A stretch of DNA of 64,000 nucleotides from Biomphalaria glabrata (lineage: Eukaryota): assembly GCF_947242115.1 (NCBI RefSeq), contig NC_074722.1, positions 29,860,340-29,924,339 of the forward strand. Direction: 5' to 3'. The notes beneath the pieces are model-generated. The model searched no databases. It saw only the letters and a program-made list of their open reading frames with translations, and was not told the origin of the DNA. Within the stretch, counting starts at the first letter, position 1; each line of letters starts with the position of its first letter. Positions 48,717 to 60,324 of this stretch are shown piece after piece. The translations under genes were made by a program, and so were the position numbers.

Positions 48717-49339
48717 CTGAATAATAACAACATACAAGTTAATAAGTGGCAAAAAAATAGGCACATAATGGAGTACTAATAACACTGAATGCTTAACTTC
48801 CATTCTGACTAGTGTTATTACCCTAAAAACCCAGAAAATTTAAGGTGCTGGGCAATAATCTCAACAAACAGTAAATCATATCACATATGAAATTCTTTTA
48901 CATGTGTAGAAAAAGATGAGAAGCAGAAAAAGAAAAAGGTTAACAAAATTAATTCACTGTTGTAATCAATAAAACTTATGTGAAAAGATTTGTATAGTAT
49001 TTATGAGGAGGGAGGATTTCCATAATCACAACACAATGCAAACAAATAAAAAATACACAACTCATACAAGAATTGTCCACAAAATGTATTGTGATGATCC
49101 ACAAAATAGACTTGTCATTGTAAAGTCAATTTCTAGCTAGACACAAAGTAATTTGATTGAGAATCCCCAAGGTAGATTTTGATAGATTTAACAATGGTCC
49201 TATAATACTAAAACATGTATTTAAGATACAATTTTAAATTGTTGATTTGAAAGTAAGTAAAGTATTCTTTTCTGTGTGGACATTCAAATCATCAAACATA
49301 ATTACAATAAAAGATTTTTTTATGTGCCATAACCTCAAA

Positions 49340-49560
49340 AAACGTGATTATGTCCCTTATGTTTTGATCTGATTATAATACATGGGGAATGTGATGTTGC
49401 TTATGTTTTGATCTGATTATAATACATGGGGAATGTGATGTTGCTTATGTTTTGATCTGATTATAATACATGAGAAATGTGATTTGGCTTATGTTTTGAT
49501 CTATAATACATGGGGAATAAAATGTGGCTTATGTTTTGATCTGATTATAATACATGCTAT
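49340..49560. repeat. Minisatellite of ~4.5 copies of a ~49-bp unit (cttatgttttgatctgattataatacatggggaatgtgatgttg).
   Basis: Read directly in the sequence. Confidence 0.85.
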
Positions 49561-52300
49561 CAAATTTTAGATAAGCATTTAGATAATTGAAATACTTCAA
49601 GACAACAGCTCAAACTCAACAGGACACCTGTGCCATTAAAAGGGCAATCAACACATACAAGTAAACATAAAATCTAAAAAAAAAACAATACTACATAACA
49701 AGAATCAATTCATCACAAATAGATTTAGCCAACCTTCACTGGAACATCTGAACTGGTCTTTGGTTTATTACATTGTGCAAAGATCAAATAAAAATCAGAT
49801 AATCAATCATGCAATAAAAAAAAAACTAATACAAAAACAAAAAGTCAAAAAGGTTTGTATTACTGAGTTAGATTAATCAAAATTGAATCAGTAAACACTT
49901 ATGTTTCAGCCCCATATAGTACAATGATACACTAGATTCAAACACTCAAATCTTTTGGAAACAAAACTGCAAAAGTAGCCAACAACAACAACAGCACAAC
50001 ATTCAGTGTAGCACAAATAGCAAGTGACCAGATCAACAGACAACAACCAAAGTCATAACCATTAAAACATTTTTGTTTATGATGTAATGCTCACATTAAG
50101 TTTTTTTTATTTTTTTGTTTTGTTAACGCACAGAGATACATGTAAAAAAGTATGTATCACCTTACATTGTACAAAATACATTAGCATTATGAAGTGCAGT
50201 CTAAAAACAATACCACTCTAAATTCCCCTTTAATTTTTCATAGCTAGTCTCCATGCTAGTGTGTACACTTAATATGATTAGTCTCATCTCTTTGATGGAT
50301 ATGTGGGTATCTGGAGAAAGTTTCAATACTGTCTTTAGATGTTTGGCAATCTTCCATGGAGTAGCATTTAAAACAGATGCTAGGTTAAATAAATCAGCTA
50401 GTTTCAAAGGCAGGTGAAAAGTAAATTATGCACCAAATTTATGTCAAGTTGTCTTTTAAATTTCACCACAATGAGCTGAGTTTAACAATTTATTATTAGA
50501 AAAATAAGTGAGCCATCTTTGTTCAAACATTTACAGAGTTGAAAGGATGTCCTGTCACACAGCTCAAGGTATTCTTCAGCAAAGAAAAATATGAAGGGTT
50601 TATAATCATAATGATAATAAAACAAAAAATACCTTAAAAATTAAAAAAAAGTTAACAGTTAAATATTAAATTAGTTTAGCAAAAGAAAAAAAAGGAAAAA
50701 GAGCTTTAAATCATTTAGTAACAAAAATATTTGGGATGAGTTCCACTAGCATGCTGCCCACATAATACTTCCATGAACTGATGTGAAGCAGGTTCAATTC
50801 AAAACAGAAAAAAAATAAATAAAAGGTCTGAGAGGATTAAGCATTCTATATTGAATAATTAATACTAAATATATGCTATGAAAAAACTTTTATACATCTG
50901 TAAATAAACCTGCATATCTAACAAAAAACAAAAACTCTATGTCAGTACATAAAAAAACAGCTCCATACTAGCAAAACTTTTCTAAACAACAAGTGAGACA
51001 GATGAAGTGAGTAGTTTTACCTTCAACATCCTATCTAGTGTAGCACTTCCCTGGAAAAGAAGATTATTGACACAAGAGGTGGTATTGAAAGAACATTAGA
51101 GAAGGGAGGCAACTCACATGTGCAGACGGTTGAAGTTGAGATGGCGTTGCCTTACTGATATGTGAACAGCACAAAAAGTTGATGGCAAAAAAAAAATGTG
51201 TGTGTTCATTAAAGAAGTGACACACTGATGAATTATAAAGAGCAAAGATGGAGAGATATTAGAATGATGTGCATCTCTACACAGGAAGTGATTTGATGAC
51301 GAATGTACCAGAGTTTAACTCATTACGAATCAGATGCAGGCCTCAAAGAACATAAAATGAGAAAAAGTTGTCATTTTAATTATTATTCTATATTAGGAAA
51401 AGAAAGTAAAAAAAAAAGTATTACATGAGAATTACAGCCACTATAGTAAAACTTACTATCATCAACAAGGGAGAAGTAGTAAGCAGGCAAGGTTTATCTC
51501 CTACAGAGATGTCATTGCTAATGTACCAACACATAACTATCAGAGTCAGTGCAAAAAAAATATTTAAAAAGCATGTTCTGATATTTCTAATACAAAGTTG
51601 AACAAATTAGTCATCAAATAATACAACTAATTACTGGATGCATTTTGTGGCTTTAAAAAATCAGTTGCTTTCCATTAAGTTGACATTATCCAATAACCAA
51701 ATTAATGCAGTTTCTTCCAAATCCCCAATTTGACTAGTGAGCCTTCAAGGCTTATTAAACAAAAAAAAAAAAAGAAGCTCGATTTAGTGAATGAACTTTC
51801 AAATTACTTTAGTTTTTATTGGCCTAAATCAAAGCTTAGGTCATCCTGGAAAATGAAGGAAAACTCTCAAAATTGTGCAAATGAGAAATGATAAATAATA
51901 ATCAATTTTCTTATAATACTTCAGTAACATTTCCTTTTTAGATAAATATTGAACTGTTAAAGAATATTATTATTAGTTATTATTATAACTAGCTTTGATG
52001 CTGCCTTTTAAGATGAAATAAATCAAATTATAGCTATTTGCTTTAGAAAACATAAGTAGAATTTATGCCCAGACTAACAGCCAATATATATATATATATT
52101 AGACTTCACCTATTTAAATCTGGATAAACACAACTTTAAATGAAACCTTTTAAGAAGAAGAGTCATGACGATATGGAATAGTTGAACCGATATAAAGAAG
52201 TATTGGGAGTCAAGTTCAAAGACCTATGCACAATAGAGGAAGGCAAACAGATTTTTAGTCAAGTGAATATAATAACAAACATTTCATTCATTTTAATTAC

Positions 52301-52409
52301 CTTTAAAATGCTGGTTACTGTGGCTTCTGCATGTGTCACTCTGCTAAGATTTTTGCCCTCGTTGGAACCAGATATGTCTGATGGACGCAAACGACTTCTT
52401 TGTTCAGAT
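52301..52409 (-). CDS. MED24: MED24 exon 10 (RSEQRSRLRPSDISGSNEGKNLSRVTHAEATVTSILK).
   Basis: Acceptor tttgttcAG and donor AAG|GTAATT. Matches human KADREHAPQQKSGENANIQPNIQLILRAEPTVTNILK. Confidence 0.8.
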
Positions 52410-52740
52410 CTGAACAAATGAAACAAGTTGAAAATAATTTGGTCTCAAGCATTTTTTTAAATGTATAAAATAAAAAACAAAATGCAGTTATATTAATCAA
52501 ATATGCCATGAGGAGTCAGTGAGACAGATGGAGTGAGTAATTGTACCTTCAACATCCTATTGTGTCAAGAACTTAAGATGGTGGAAGTTGTCATCCATAA
52601 AAAGCATCAAGCAAAAAGAAATACTAACAAATTTCAAGCATAAAACATAACTATTTGATCAAAATATTTATCAAAAATATTTTTTTTATTCTTACTCCTG
52701 ACAGGCTGAACAAGTGAAAATTGTTTGTAAGTTAAAATAC

Positions 52741-52827
52741 CTTTTCATACAGAGAGATGTTTTCTGTGATTCTGTGATGATGTTTGCTTTCTGAAGTTCT
52801 GTGATAAACTGAACCAGCATGTCAAAA
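52741..52827 (-). CDS. MED24: MED24 exon 9 (NFDMLVQFITELQKANIITESQKTSLCMK, then 2 nt).
   Basis: Acceptor cttcaacAG and donor ag|GTATTT. Matches human CTNFLLQECGKQGLLSEASVNNLMAKR. Confidence 0.75.
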
Positions 52828-53320
52828 CTGTTGAAGAAAAATAATGAACAAATATAACAGTTGTATATTAATTAACCAGCCTAACATATTTCATGCTTCA
52901 AATCCCCAACTCTTGGCTCACAACCACTGTGTGCTTTCTTAAACATGCAAGTTTCATAACAAGTAACTCTACCAGTCTTTTAATTAATCTCAAAATTAAA
53001 GATTAAAAAAAAAAAGTCACAATCAATAATATGTAATTTTTTTTTTTCAATAATAATATAAAAATTCATTAATTTTCTTTTATGAAATGTTTCCTTTTTT
53101 TACAAACTGCATTTTTTAGTCCCAAAGATGAAACTAATTATAAGTTGTGAGTATTCTAACTGCATAGTATATCATAGCCACCATCAAAATGTCCACCTAC
53201 TTTTATTAACTGATGTGAGGTAGGTATGGAGATTTGTATCAACTCATCATGTACAAACCTCCCAACATAAAGTTCAAATACTTTTTCCCATCAGGAGATA
53301 TCAAGTAGGTACATCCTTAC

Positions 53321-53562
53321 TTTTGTTTAATATCTGTCTGATCCAGCAGATGAGAGAACTCCAGTAACATGTCCAGCCCTCTCTCCACGTGGGAGCTCAT
53401 GTCCCAATCAGGCATCTTCTCCTTTATTGCATTCAGAATGTGCGGGACCTTGAGGAAAGCAAATGTGGCCCACTGAAGATCTTCCGAAAAGTCATTGGTG
53501 TCCACAAAGCCCATGAAACAAACACGGAATATTTCTAAACAAAGCTGTGGCATGGGCAGTTT
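53321..53562 (-). CDS. MED24: MED24 exon 8 (KLPMPQLCLEIFRVCFMGFVDTNDFSEDLQWATFAFLKVPHILNAIKEKMPDWDMSSHVERGLDMLLEFSHLLDQTDIKQ, then 2 nt).
   Basis: Acceptor ttctctacAG and donor aa|GTAAGG. Matches human HIPTPLFVLEIWKACFVGLIESPEGTEELKWTAFTFLKIPQVLVKLKK…FEFLLKLTPLLDKADQR. Confidence 0.85.
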
Positions 53563-54010
53563 CTGTAGAGAATATGAACCACATGTTTGTGAATGTCAGT
53601 TCAAGGTAAAACTCAAAACCAAATTAACAATTAATTAGGGCTAATTTAATTTATAGCTAGAGCAAAGGTCTCTGTCACAAAAGCATAGAATAGCTTCATT
53701 TTTAGAAGATACAGTGTTTAATATAGGTTACAGCAATATCCATTTTCTTTGAACTAAAACATAATATCTTTTAAATGATATGAAAATATCACAAGCAAAT
53801 TTGGCAAGACCAAGTGGCCTAGTTTTAAACCTTAACAATAATATTTTTTAACTAGAATAACTTCATTCACTCTTGTATTTTGGAGTAATGTCTAGTACAG
53901 CTAAAATTAGCTCTTAAATTCTATGGTGTCACAAGTCTAGGCCTTTCCTATACTAGTAAGAGCAAAAGAAAACAGCTTTGCAAGAAGAAAAGCACAACAG
54001 AAGAAAGTCA

Positions 54011-54140
54011 AAGCTATTGGTACAAGCTCCAGCTGGCATGGCTTGCCCAGTGAACATCTGAAAACTTTGGGCACATCAGTCACACGAGGAGGCACAAAAC
54101 TGCCCTCAGCCCTCTGAATGACCATTGGTTATCATTGTAG
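54011..54140 (+). mobile_element. Degenerate CR1/L2-like LINE 3'-end fragment.
   Basis: Sequence similarity to 55081-55240 and to the reverse complement of 33600-33800 (…agctccagctggcatggcttgcccagtg…cacacgaggaggcacaaaac…). Confidence 0.4.
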
Positions 54141-54281
54141 CATGATGAATTAATTATATAAGAGCAAAACAGTCAATGAGTAAACAGCTAGATGATTATG
54201 ATTATTAGTATTGAATAGTAATACAGCACCTGCTGAAGAACGCCTCAGTCCAAGAATAAATATGAACTGTTTCATGCTTAC

Positions 54282-54441
54282 CATGAGTCTTGAGACAACC
54301 AAGACTTGATCCACAAAAGGCTGAATGTCACTACTGGAGTTGAGTATGGCCTCCAAAACAACCAGAGAATTTATTGTTGGACATATGGGTGAGTTGGTGA
54401 TTTCTAGAACTGGTTCCAAGCTTGGTGCCATGTCATTAAGT
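54282..54441 (-). CDS. MED24: MED24 exon 7 (KLNDMAPSLEPVLEITNSPICPTINSLVVLEAILNSSSDIQPFVDQVLVVSRLM).
   Basis: Acceptor ttgtccacAG and donor ATG|GTAAGC. Aligns with human TLIRSIPTMLSVHAEQMHKTGFPTVHAVILLEGTMNLTGETQSLVEQLTMVKRM. Confidence 0.7.
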
Positions 54442-55080
54442 CTGTGGACAAAAGATAAGGATTTAATAATGTATAAAACCAAGTCAGGTGTTTAATCATT
54501 AAATCTATGATCAAATATAGAAGTGAATTTCTAAAAGTGATTAGCTACCAAGAGCTATGTTACTTAGCATTATAGACTAATAAAGTCAAAGATTTTACTC
54601 AACATTCACTTCTAAAACAATATTCTTTTTTCCTGTTCTGACATAAAATGACTGGATATTTATGCATGAATTAAAAATATTCCAACAGTCCAACTGAAAT
54701 GTTTCCAACATGTCTTTCCACTATATATTGTTACATGCAACAAACTAAGTTAAGCCAGTCTTTCGTTGTAGTACCAGACCCAAGTTTCTGAAAGTAATTA
54801 CTTGAAGACAAAGGAAAAAAAAAGGGAATACTACTATTAGCCCATGCTAATTGTTGTTTTTTTTAGAATACCTCAAACATTTCATACAACTTATGTTTTC
54901 CAAATCTCTCTGGCCAGTTTCATGGCAACTCTCATAAAGCTAAACAAACTGAACTCTTACATTAACAGTTTTCATAAGAGAAAAAAACAATTGAGTTAAT
55001 CAAAGTATATAGTAAAAAGTGTAAAAAAAATCAAAACAATAACATCCTTTTTATCATATTGTATTTATTTCTGTTTCATA

Positions 55081-55240
55081 GAAACTAGTTCCAGCTGGAA
55101 TAACCTGCCCAGTGTGCAGCCAAACATTCTGGGCTCACACAGGACTCACCAGCTTCATGAAGAGGCACAAAACCCCAGTGCAACCTCAGCCCCCCTGGAT
55201 GACAAAAGTGTTCATCATCGAACCACGATAGATGAACTAT
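55081..55240 (+). mobile_element. CR1/L2-like LINE 3' end (zinc-finger tail: CPVCSQTFWAHTGLTSFMKRHKTPVQPQPPWMTKVFIIEPR*).
   Basis: Translation in the + frame; same family as the copy at 33590-33935. Confidence 0.55.
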
Positions 55241-55538
55241 GTATTTATTTCTACAATGTTGATCAAGTGTAGAAATATATGTTGTTTTTTTTTTTCATTT
55301 TTTTCTCTCTGTCAAAATTGCTTTTTAATTTTAGTCTAGACAAACCCTAATAATTTAATAAATTAGCCAAGAAAAGTAAACATAACTAACTGGTCATCTC
55401 TGGAAGCTGTTGCTAATCTGCTGATCACAGAACAATTTTTTTTATTTCTGGTTACCTGGTACTTCACTTTTTAAATCCACATATAGAACATGATAAAAGT
55501 ATTACTATATCTATCTACGTATATAAATATGGTCTTAC

Positions 55539-55662
55539 TTTGAAAGCTGTAAAAGGGCAGAGTTTATTTTCTCCCGGGTGTCACCCAGCTGTGAGTTACT
55601 TGGCAACTGACTAATTGTACCGCCAACATTCATCTCACATTGCTCAAACTCTCTGTATGCAT
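55539..55662 (-). CDS. MED24: MED24 exon 6 (DAYREFEQCEMNVGGTISQLPSNSQLGDTREKINSALLQLS, then 2 nt).
   Basis: Acceptor tgtctttAG and donor aa|GTAAGA; phase-consistent with neighbouring exons. Similarity to human is weak (this region is divergent). Confidence 0.55.
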
Positions 55663-56098
55663 CTAAAGACATAACAAACAAATTTCATTAACATTTCTAC
55701 TTTGATTTTTAACAAAGGGAGATAAAAAAATCTTTAATGTCTAACACAAGGCATCACTTACTAAATATCAATGTGTCAAAATGTAAAATTTATTGGTTCA
55801 TGCAACTATCACTATAATTAAGTTGTTGTTGTTTTTGTATACAGTTTAATCTGCTTATCATTTTGTTGCACATTAGTGGAAAAAAAAAAAGTTAGCAAGT
55901 GTATTCTTCTGTTCTCTCCTTGTATCTGCTTACTCTGGTTAATCATATGAGAGTAATTTACATAATAGCTAATTAATTAATGTCAGTGTAATTTAAAGTG
56001 AGAAATCTGAGTTACACTGAGGAGCAGCTTAGTTTAAGGTTTCAACATTGCTGATTAGTTTCAACAACAAAAAATACCATCCATATGTTTAGTATTAC

Positions 56099-56234
56099 CT
56101 GGACTATCTGTCTTGGCAATCTGCATGAGACTCCTGACAGCCTTGCGATCCAAAATATTAATGATGGCACGACTAGCATTATCCATAATTACAAAATATT
56201 CTGCAGCCACAGTGCTTTTGTTTTCCTGAATTCG
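56099..56234 (-). CDS. MED24: MED24 exon 5 (RIQENKSTVAAEYFVIMDNASRAIINILDRKAVRSLMQIAKTDSP, then 1 nt).
   Basis: Acceptor gatttcAG and donor g|GTAATA. Aligns loosely with human RLREGLEAGTPAAGEKQLAMCLQRLEKTLSSTKNRALLHIAKLEEAS. Confidence 0.65.
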
Positions 56235-56402
56235 CTGAAATCAACATTAGTTTTCTATAGTCAAAGCCCAAAATAAAAGAAATTAAAGATATAATTAAAA
56301 AAAAATAAAAAAAATTTTTTATTTATTTTTAGAAAGTAAATTATTTCATTAATGTTACAGAATCATTCTAACCTAAAGTTCAGTAATTATTTGACCTCCT
56401 AC

Positions 56403-56490
56403 CTGGAGACAGATGTACAAAGCCTTCACTTGCCAGTGTATCAGGCTCAAAATAGTTCGAACTAATTGCAAAGGAGAGTCTTGACATGGG
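56403..56490 (-). CDS. MED24: MED24 exon 4 (SPCQDSPLQLVRTILSLIHWQVKALYICLQ).
   Basis: Acceptor caagtttaAG and donor CAG|GTAGGA. Matches human SCHGKAEECIGLCRALLSALHWLLRCT. Confidence 0.7.
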
Positions 56491-56556
56491 CTTAAACTTG
56501 AAATAAAAGAACAATTTAGAACAAACTTTATTTTAAAACAAAAGTTTGGTTAATAT

Positions 56557-56652
56557 CAGACCTGCCTACCAAAAAAAGTCCAATTGCGTAACGCTGATGG
56601 TCAAAATGCGTATTTTGGCACCAGAATGCGTAACGCGATCCATTATTTTGTC

Positions 56653-56683
<31 letters not shown>

Positions 56684-57533
56684 AATCTACTCTAGACTCT
56701 AGATCTGGGCTTAAGAGTGTTACTGATGCCGTGGATCCGCTACAAACGTAGATCTAGGTCTACTCTTCATCCTTGATCTATTCTATACTAAGACTAAGAA
56801 TCTAGTCTAGATCTAGACTAGATGGTAGTAGATGTTATCGATCTAGATCTAGTCAATCTAAATCATACTACAACTAAATTGGATCTAGATTGTAGAGTAA
56901 TGTAAGAGAATCATGACATAACGTAATGACTAGCTAGACTCTAGCTAGGGTCTACATTCTACATCTAGACTAGATAAAATTGCTAGATCTATTTATGTAT
57001 AACATTAATAACAAGTTATCTAGATTCTAGATCTAGAATCCAGATCTAGATTAGATATCTACAATGTCACTCAATGTGTTTTGAATCGATAGCACTTCGA
57101 TATTTTTTCTATACAAATGAATACGGGAATCAGGGATTCAACATAATTAATTTCTACTAATGAACTTACAAAAAAAAAAAAAGTCACGTTGGTATATCAG
57201 CTAACTGACGGTACCAACCTGGTACCAACCCGCCACTCCCTCACACTCACGTTCTTCATTTCTAGACTAAATCTAATTGCTTTTAAGAACCAATCAACGT
57301 ATAGATCTGGACACAATGTGTTCCCCCACCTTTTCTGTCCCCCCCCCCCCGCCAACAGGACGGCTTAGCCTTAGCGTGACCTCCGTGACCGCTCGTAAGC
57401 TAGTCAAGAGAGGGGAAAAAAAGGATACGAAATGCGTAACGCGACGGGTTAAATGCGTATTTGCGTACTGACGGTCATTTTTGGGAGATTTTGCGTAACG
57501 AATCCGCATTTTGCGTAACGGTAGGCAGGTCTG
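56557..57533. mobile_element. 977-bp MITE-like non-autonomous DNA transposon in MED24 intron 3. It has terminal inverted repeats (TIRs) CAGACCTGCCTACC…/…GGTAGGCAGGTCTG, multiple subterminal GCGTAACG repeats, 6-bp TAATAT flanking target-site duplications (TSDs), and a TAGATCTA-rich interior.
   Basis: TIRs at 56557-56570 and 57520-57533; TAATAT at 56551-56556 and 57534-57539; GCGTAACG at ~56589, 56627, 57431, 57483, 57495 and 57513. Confidence 0.65.
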
Positions 57534-57689
57534 TAATATTAAAAACTCAACACAGCCTAAAATCTCAAGATATAATATTTCACATATTTGAACACTCATT
57601 GGTATTAAATATTAAATAAATATTTGGTGTAACCAATGACACAAGTTCAAAAAAGTATTTGCATATAAAATTTCCATGAAGTTTTCAAT

Positions 57690-57802
57690 TTAAAAATACC
57701 TTATCTTTGAACCAAACATTTCTGCCAGATGTAGAAGCGCCAAGATACAATAAGGTCTTGAGAAATCATCAAACTCTGTGATATACTTTAAAACTGTATG
57801 GT
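57690..57802 (-). CDS. MED24: MED24 exon 3 (MIPYHTVLKYITEFDDFSRPYCILALLHLAEMFGSKI, then 2 nt).
   Basis: Acceptor tgtcctcAG and donor ag|GTATTT. Matches human MVSYSSVLTAISKFDDFSRDLCVQALLDIMDMFCDRL. Confidence 0.8.
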
Positions 57803-59040
57803 ATGGAATCATCTGAGGACAAGTACAAAATTAAAATACAAACTTACAGCCATTTAATGGAACTCTTTTATTAATTTTTTAAGCCACTAGGGCAGTGATG
57901 GGCAAACTACGGGCCGCGGGCCAAATCCGGCCAACTGAGAAGTCTGATCCAGCCCACACATGTTTTGTTTTCACAATGAAAAATACAGGTTTTTAATACG
58001 AGTTAAAACATTGATATTATTTAAAAGAAAAATTTCTTTTACTGAAGAGTTATCCTCCATTTTTTCTTTGTTAAATTTCTAAATTTTTATATAATGGCCC
58101 GCCAAAACTTACTGGCAAAGGGTATCTCTAAGACCTCTGTTAACAACTTGTGGCAACAATATAGGTCTTATGTTATTTTCATTAGTAAAAAGAAAACTTA
58201 AAATTTCTTTAACAACTATTTAGCAAGGCAAATATTACTGATATTTTGAAGAGTAAATGATATTAGCAATTTATTTATGAACTATTATTTTTACATAAAG
58301 TATAGTGTTACATTTTATAACAATCTTTCAGGACATTTAAAAGGTTTTAGCAATATCAAGAGAAAAAAAATAAATAAATTTGACCAAAAGAAGAATAGAA
58401 AACAGTGAGATATTTTCAAAATAAATGAGTTTTTTGACAATTATACTTCCACAACATAATTTAAAATTACTGATATTGACTATAATTTAGTATGCTAATG
58501 AAATGGTTAAGGCCCAATTTGTTAATGTTGTGATATTTAAGCTTTAAATACGTACTAAAAAATATGTGCCATTTAAATATGAATTTCAATAAAAGTTAAT
58601 ACAATCTAAAAAATTAATTGTCAACTAAGTTTAGTTATTATTAGCGGCCCCCGAAATGGGAAAAGACGCTATTAGATTTGTGTGAAATGTCTGTTCGTCT
58701 GTCCCGTTTAGATCTCGTAAATTAGAAATGATAGTGAAAATCCGACATCACAATAAATCTAGACCATTCAAAGTTCTGATGCAACGGCTACTTTTTTTTT
58801 CTCTGAAAGCGAAAAATCTAATTTTTTAAATCACTTATGCAAGCAGTTTTTTAAAGAGAAAAAGCTATTTAGTATGCATTATAAGTTAGACCTAATTTAA
58901 AACGAATAGTAATCTTGTAAACTGCATTTTCTAGAACATTCTTTTTAATTTGTGGAAATTTTTTTTTGTTTTTTTTTTAGGATTCAAATAAGAGATTGAG
59001 CCTTTTCAAAATAATTACATCAATTATAACACTTCAGTTA

Positions 59041-59335
59041 GGCCAGGGGAGGCATGGTAGCTGAGCGGTAAAGCGATTGGCTTCCGAACCGGGGGTCCCG
59101 GGTTTGAAACCTGGTGAAGACTGGAATTTTCAACTTAGGAATCTTTGCGCGTCTCTGAGTCCACCCAGCTCTAATGGGTACCTGACCATAGTTGGGGAAA
59201 AGTAAAGGCGGTTGGTCGTTGTGCTGGCTACATGACACCCTTCTTAATCGTAGGCCACAAAAACAGATGAACTTTACATCATCTGCCCTATAGACCACAA
59301 GGTCTGAAAGGGGAACTAGTTAGGACAGGTTCACA
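59041..59335 (+). mobile_element. tRNA-derived SINE, family B (copy 2), in MED24 intron 2.
   Basis: Homology to 42846-43130. The head ggccaggggaggcatggtagctgagcggtaaagcg…gggtttgaaacc is tRNA-like. Confidence 0.55.
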
Positions 59336-59611
59336 TCTAACTTTGCATTCATTTGCACCTATCCTTTGATCTGCTGGACCGTTGGGGTACTACACAAGAT
59401 CTGTTAACCTTCTTTCTCCTTTCTTATCTCTCATTTGTCTTTGATATAATTTCATTTGGATGTTTTTTCTGAATATATTGAAGCCTGCCTGGGTGGACCA
59501 CTTCGGGGGCCAATTTTGAGTTTGTGTTTCCACACAAACTGTCTTTGTAACCTTGTTATTATTATTATTATTTAAATATTTATATTTATTAATCTAATTA
59601 GTTCAATCTAC

Positions 59612-59694
59612 CTGTGATAAAACACCATGCTTTAGGTATGACAGGATCAGTGAATTTGGACTGCTCCCAACAAGAGCTTGTTGCATCAAAATTT
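59612..59694 (-). CDS. MED24: MED24 exon 2 (EILMQQALVGSSPNSLILSYLKHGVLSQ).
   Basis: Acceptor ctttgaaAG and donor CAG|GTAGAT; phases 1→0. Matches human DALLEQAMIGPSPNPLILSYLKYAISSQ. Confidence 0.8.
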
Positions 59695-60218
59695 CTTTCA
59701 AAGAACAAACATAAAATACAACTGTATATTTAATTAATGAAAAACAAACATTGAGAATGAGAAACAACACCAAAAAGAGACAAAAAAGAATAATAGTTTT
59801 AACTTTTTATGGTCAATGTGTGATAACGAACATTCAAAACTGAGTGTATCATGCTGAAAAGCAGCAGAATAGCCCTTCCAAACTAAAACTATTTGAATTT
59901 TGGGCTTTTGGGCATAATGCAGGCTAACCCACCCGTGGCCTTAGAAACAGCTTAACTTAAAATCATCTTGCCATACAATGTTACACACTTTAAGCTTTTA
60001 GTTGTAAATGAATTCATATTTCACACTTTACATTATTAATGAAAATTAATTTAAATGAGCCCTTTTTAGCCTCCTTATGCAAACAATTTGAATTGTTAAA
60101 ATAAGGGCTAAGTATCTTAGTAATATATTATTACAAATACTAAAAATAGAAAGTTAACCATACTGTATAACCTTTAAAATTCTGCAACAATTAAGTAGCA
60201 TCAAGAAGAATACATTAC

Positions 60219-60324
60219 CTGCAACATCAACATTTTCTGTACAATATGCTGCCATTAATTTCTTCAGTTGAATGGCCCACTGTATTTCTGTCCACCTCTC
60301 TCTCCATGCTTGCATCAAGTTCAT
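60219..60324 (-). CDS. MED24: Mediator subunit 24, first coding exon (MNLMQAWRERWTEIQWAIQLKKLMAAYCTENVDVA, then 1 nt).
   Basis: Aligns with human MED24 N-terminus (LQAWKERWSDYQWAINMKKFFPKGATWDILNLAD). ATG at 60324 (aaaATGa). The frame stays open upstream to an acceptor at about 60395, so the true start could lie in an upstream exon. Donor g|GTAATG. Confidence 0.65.
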
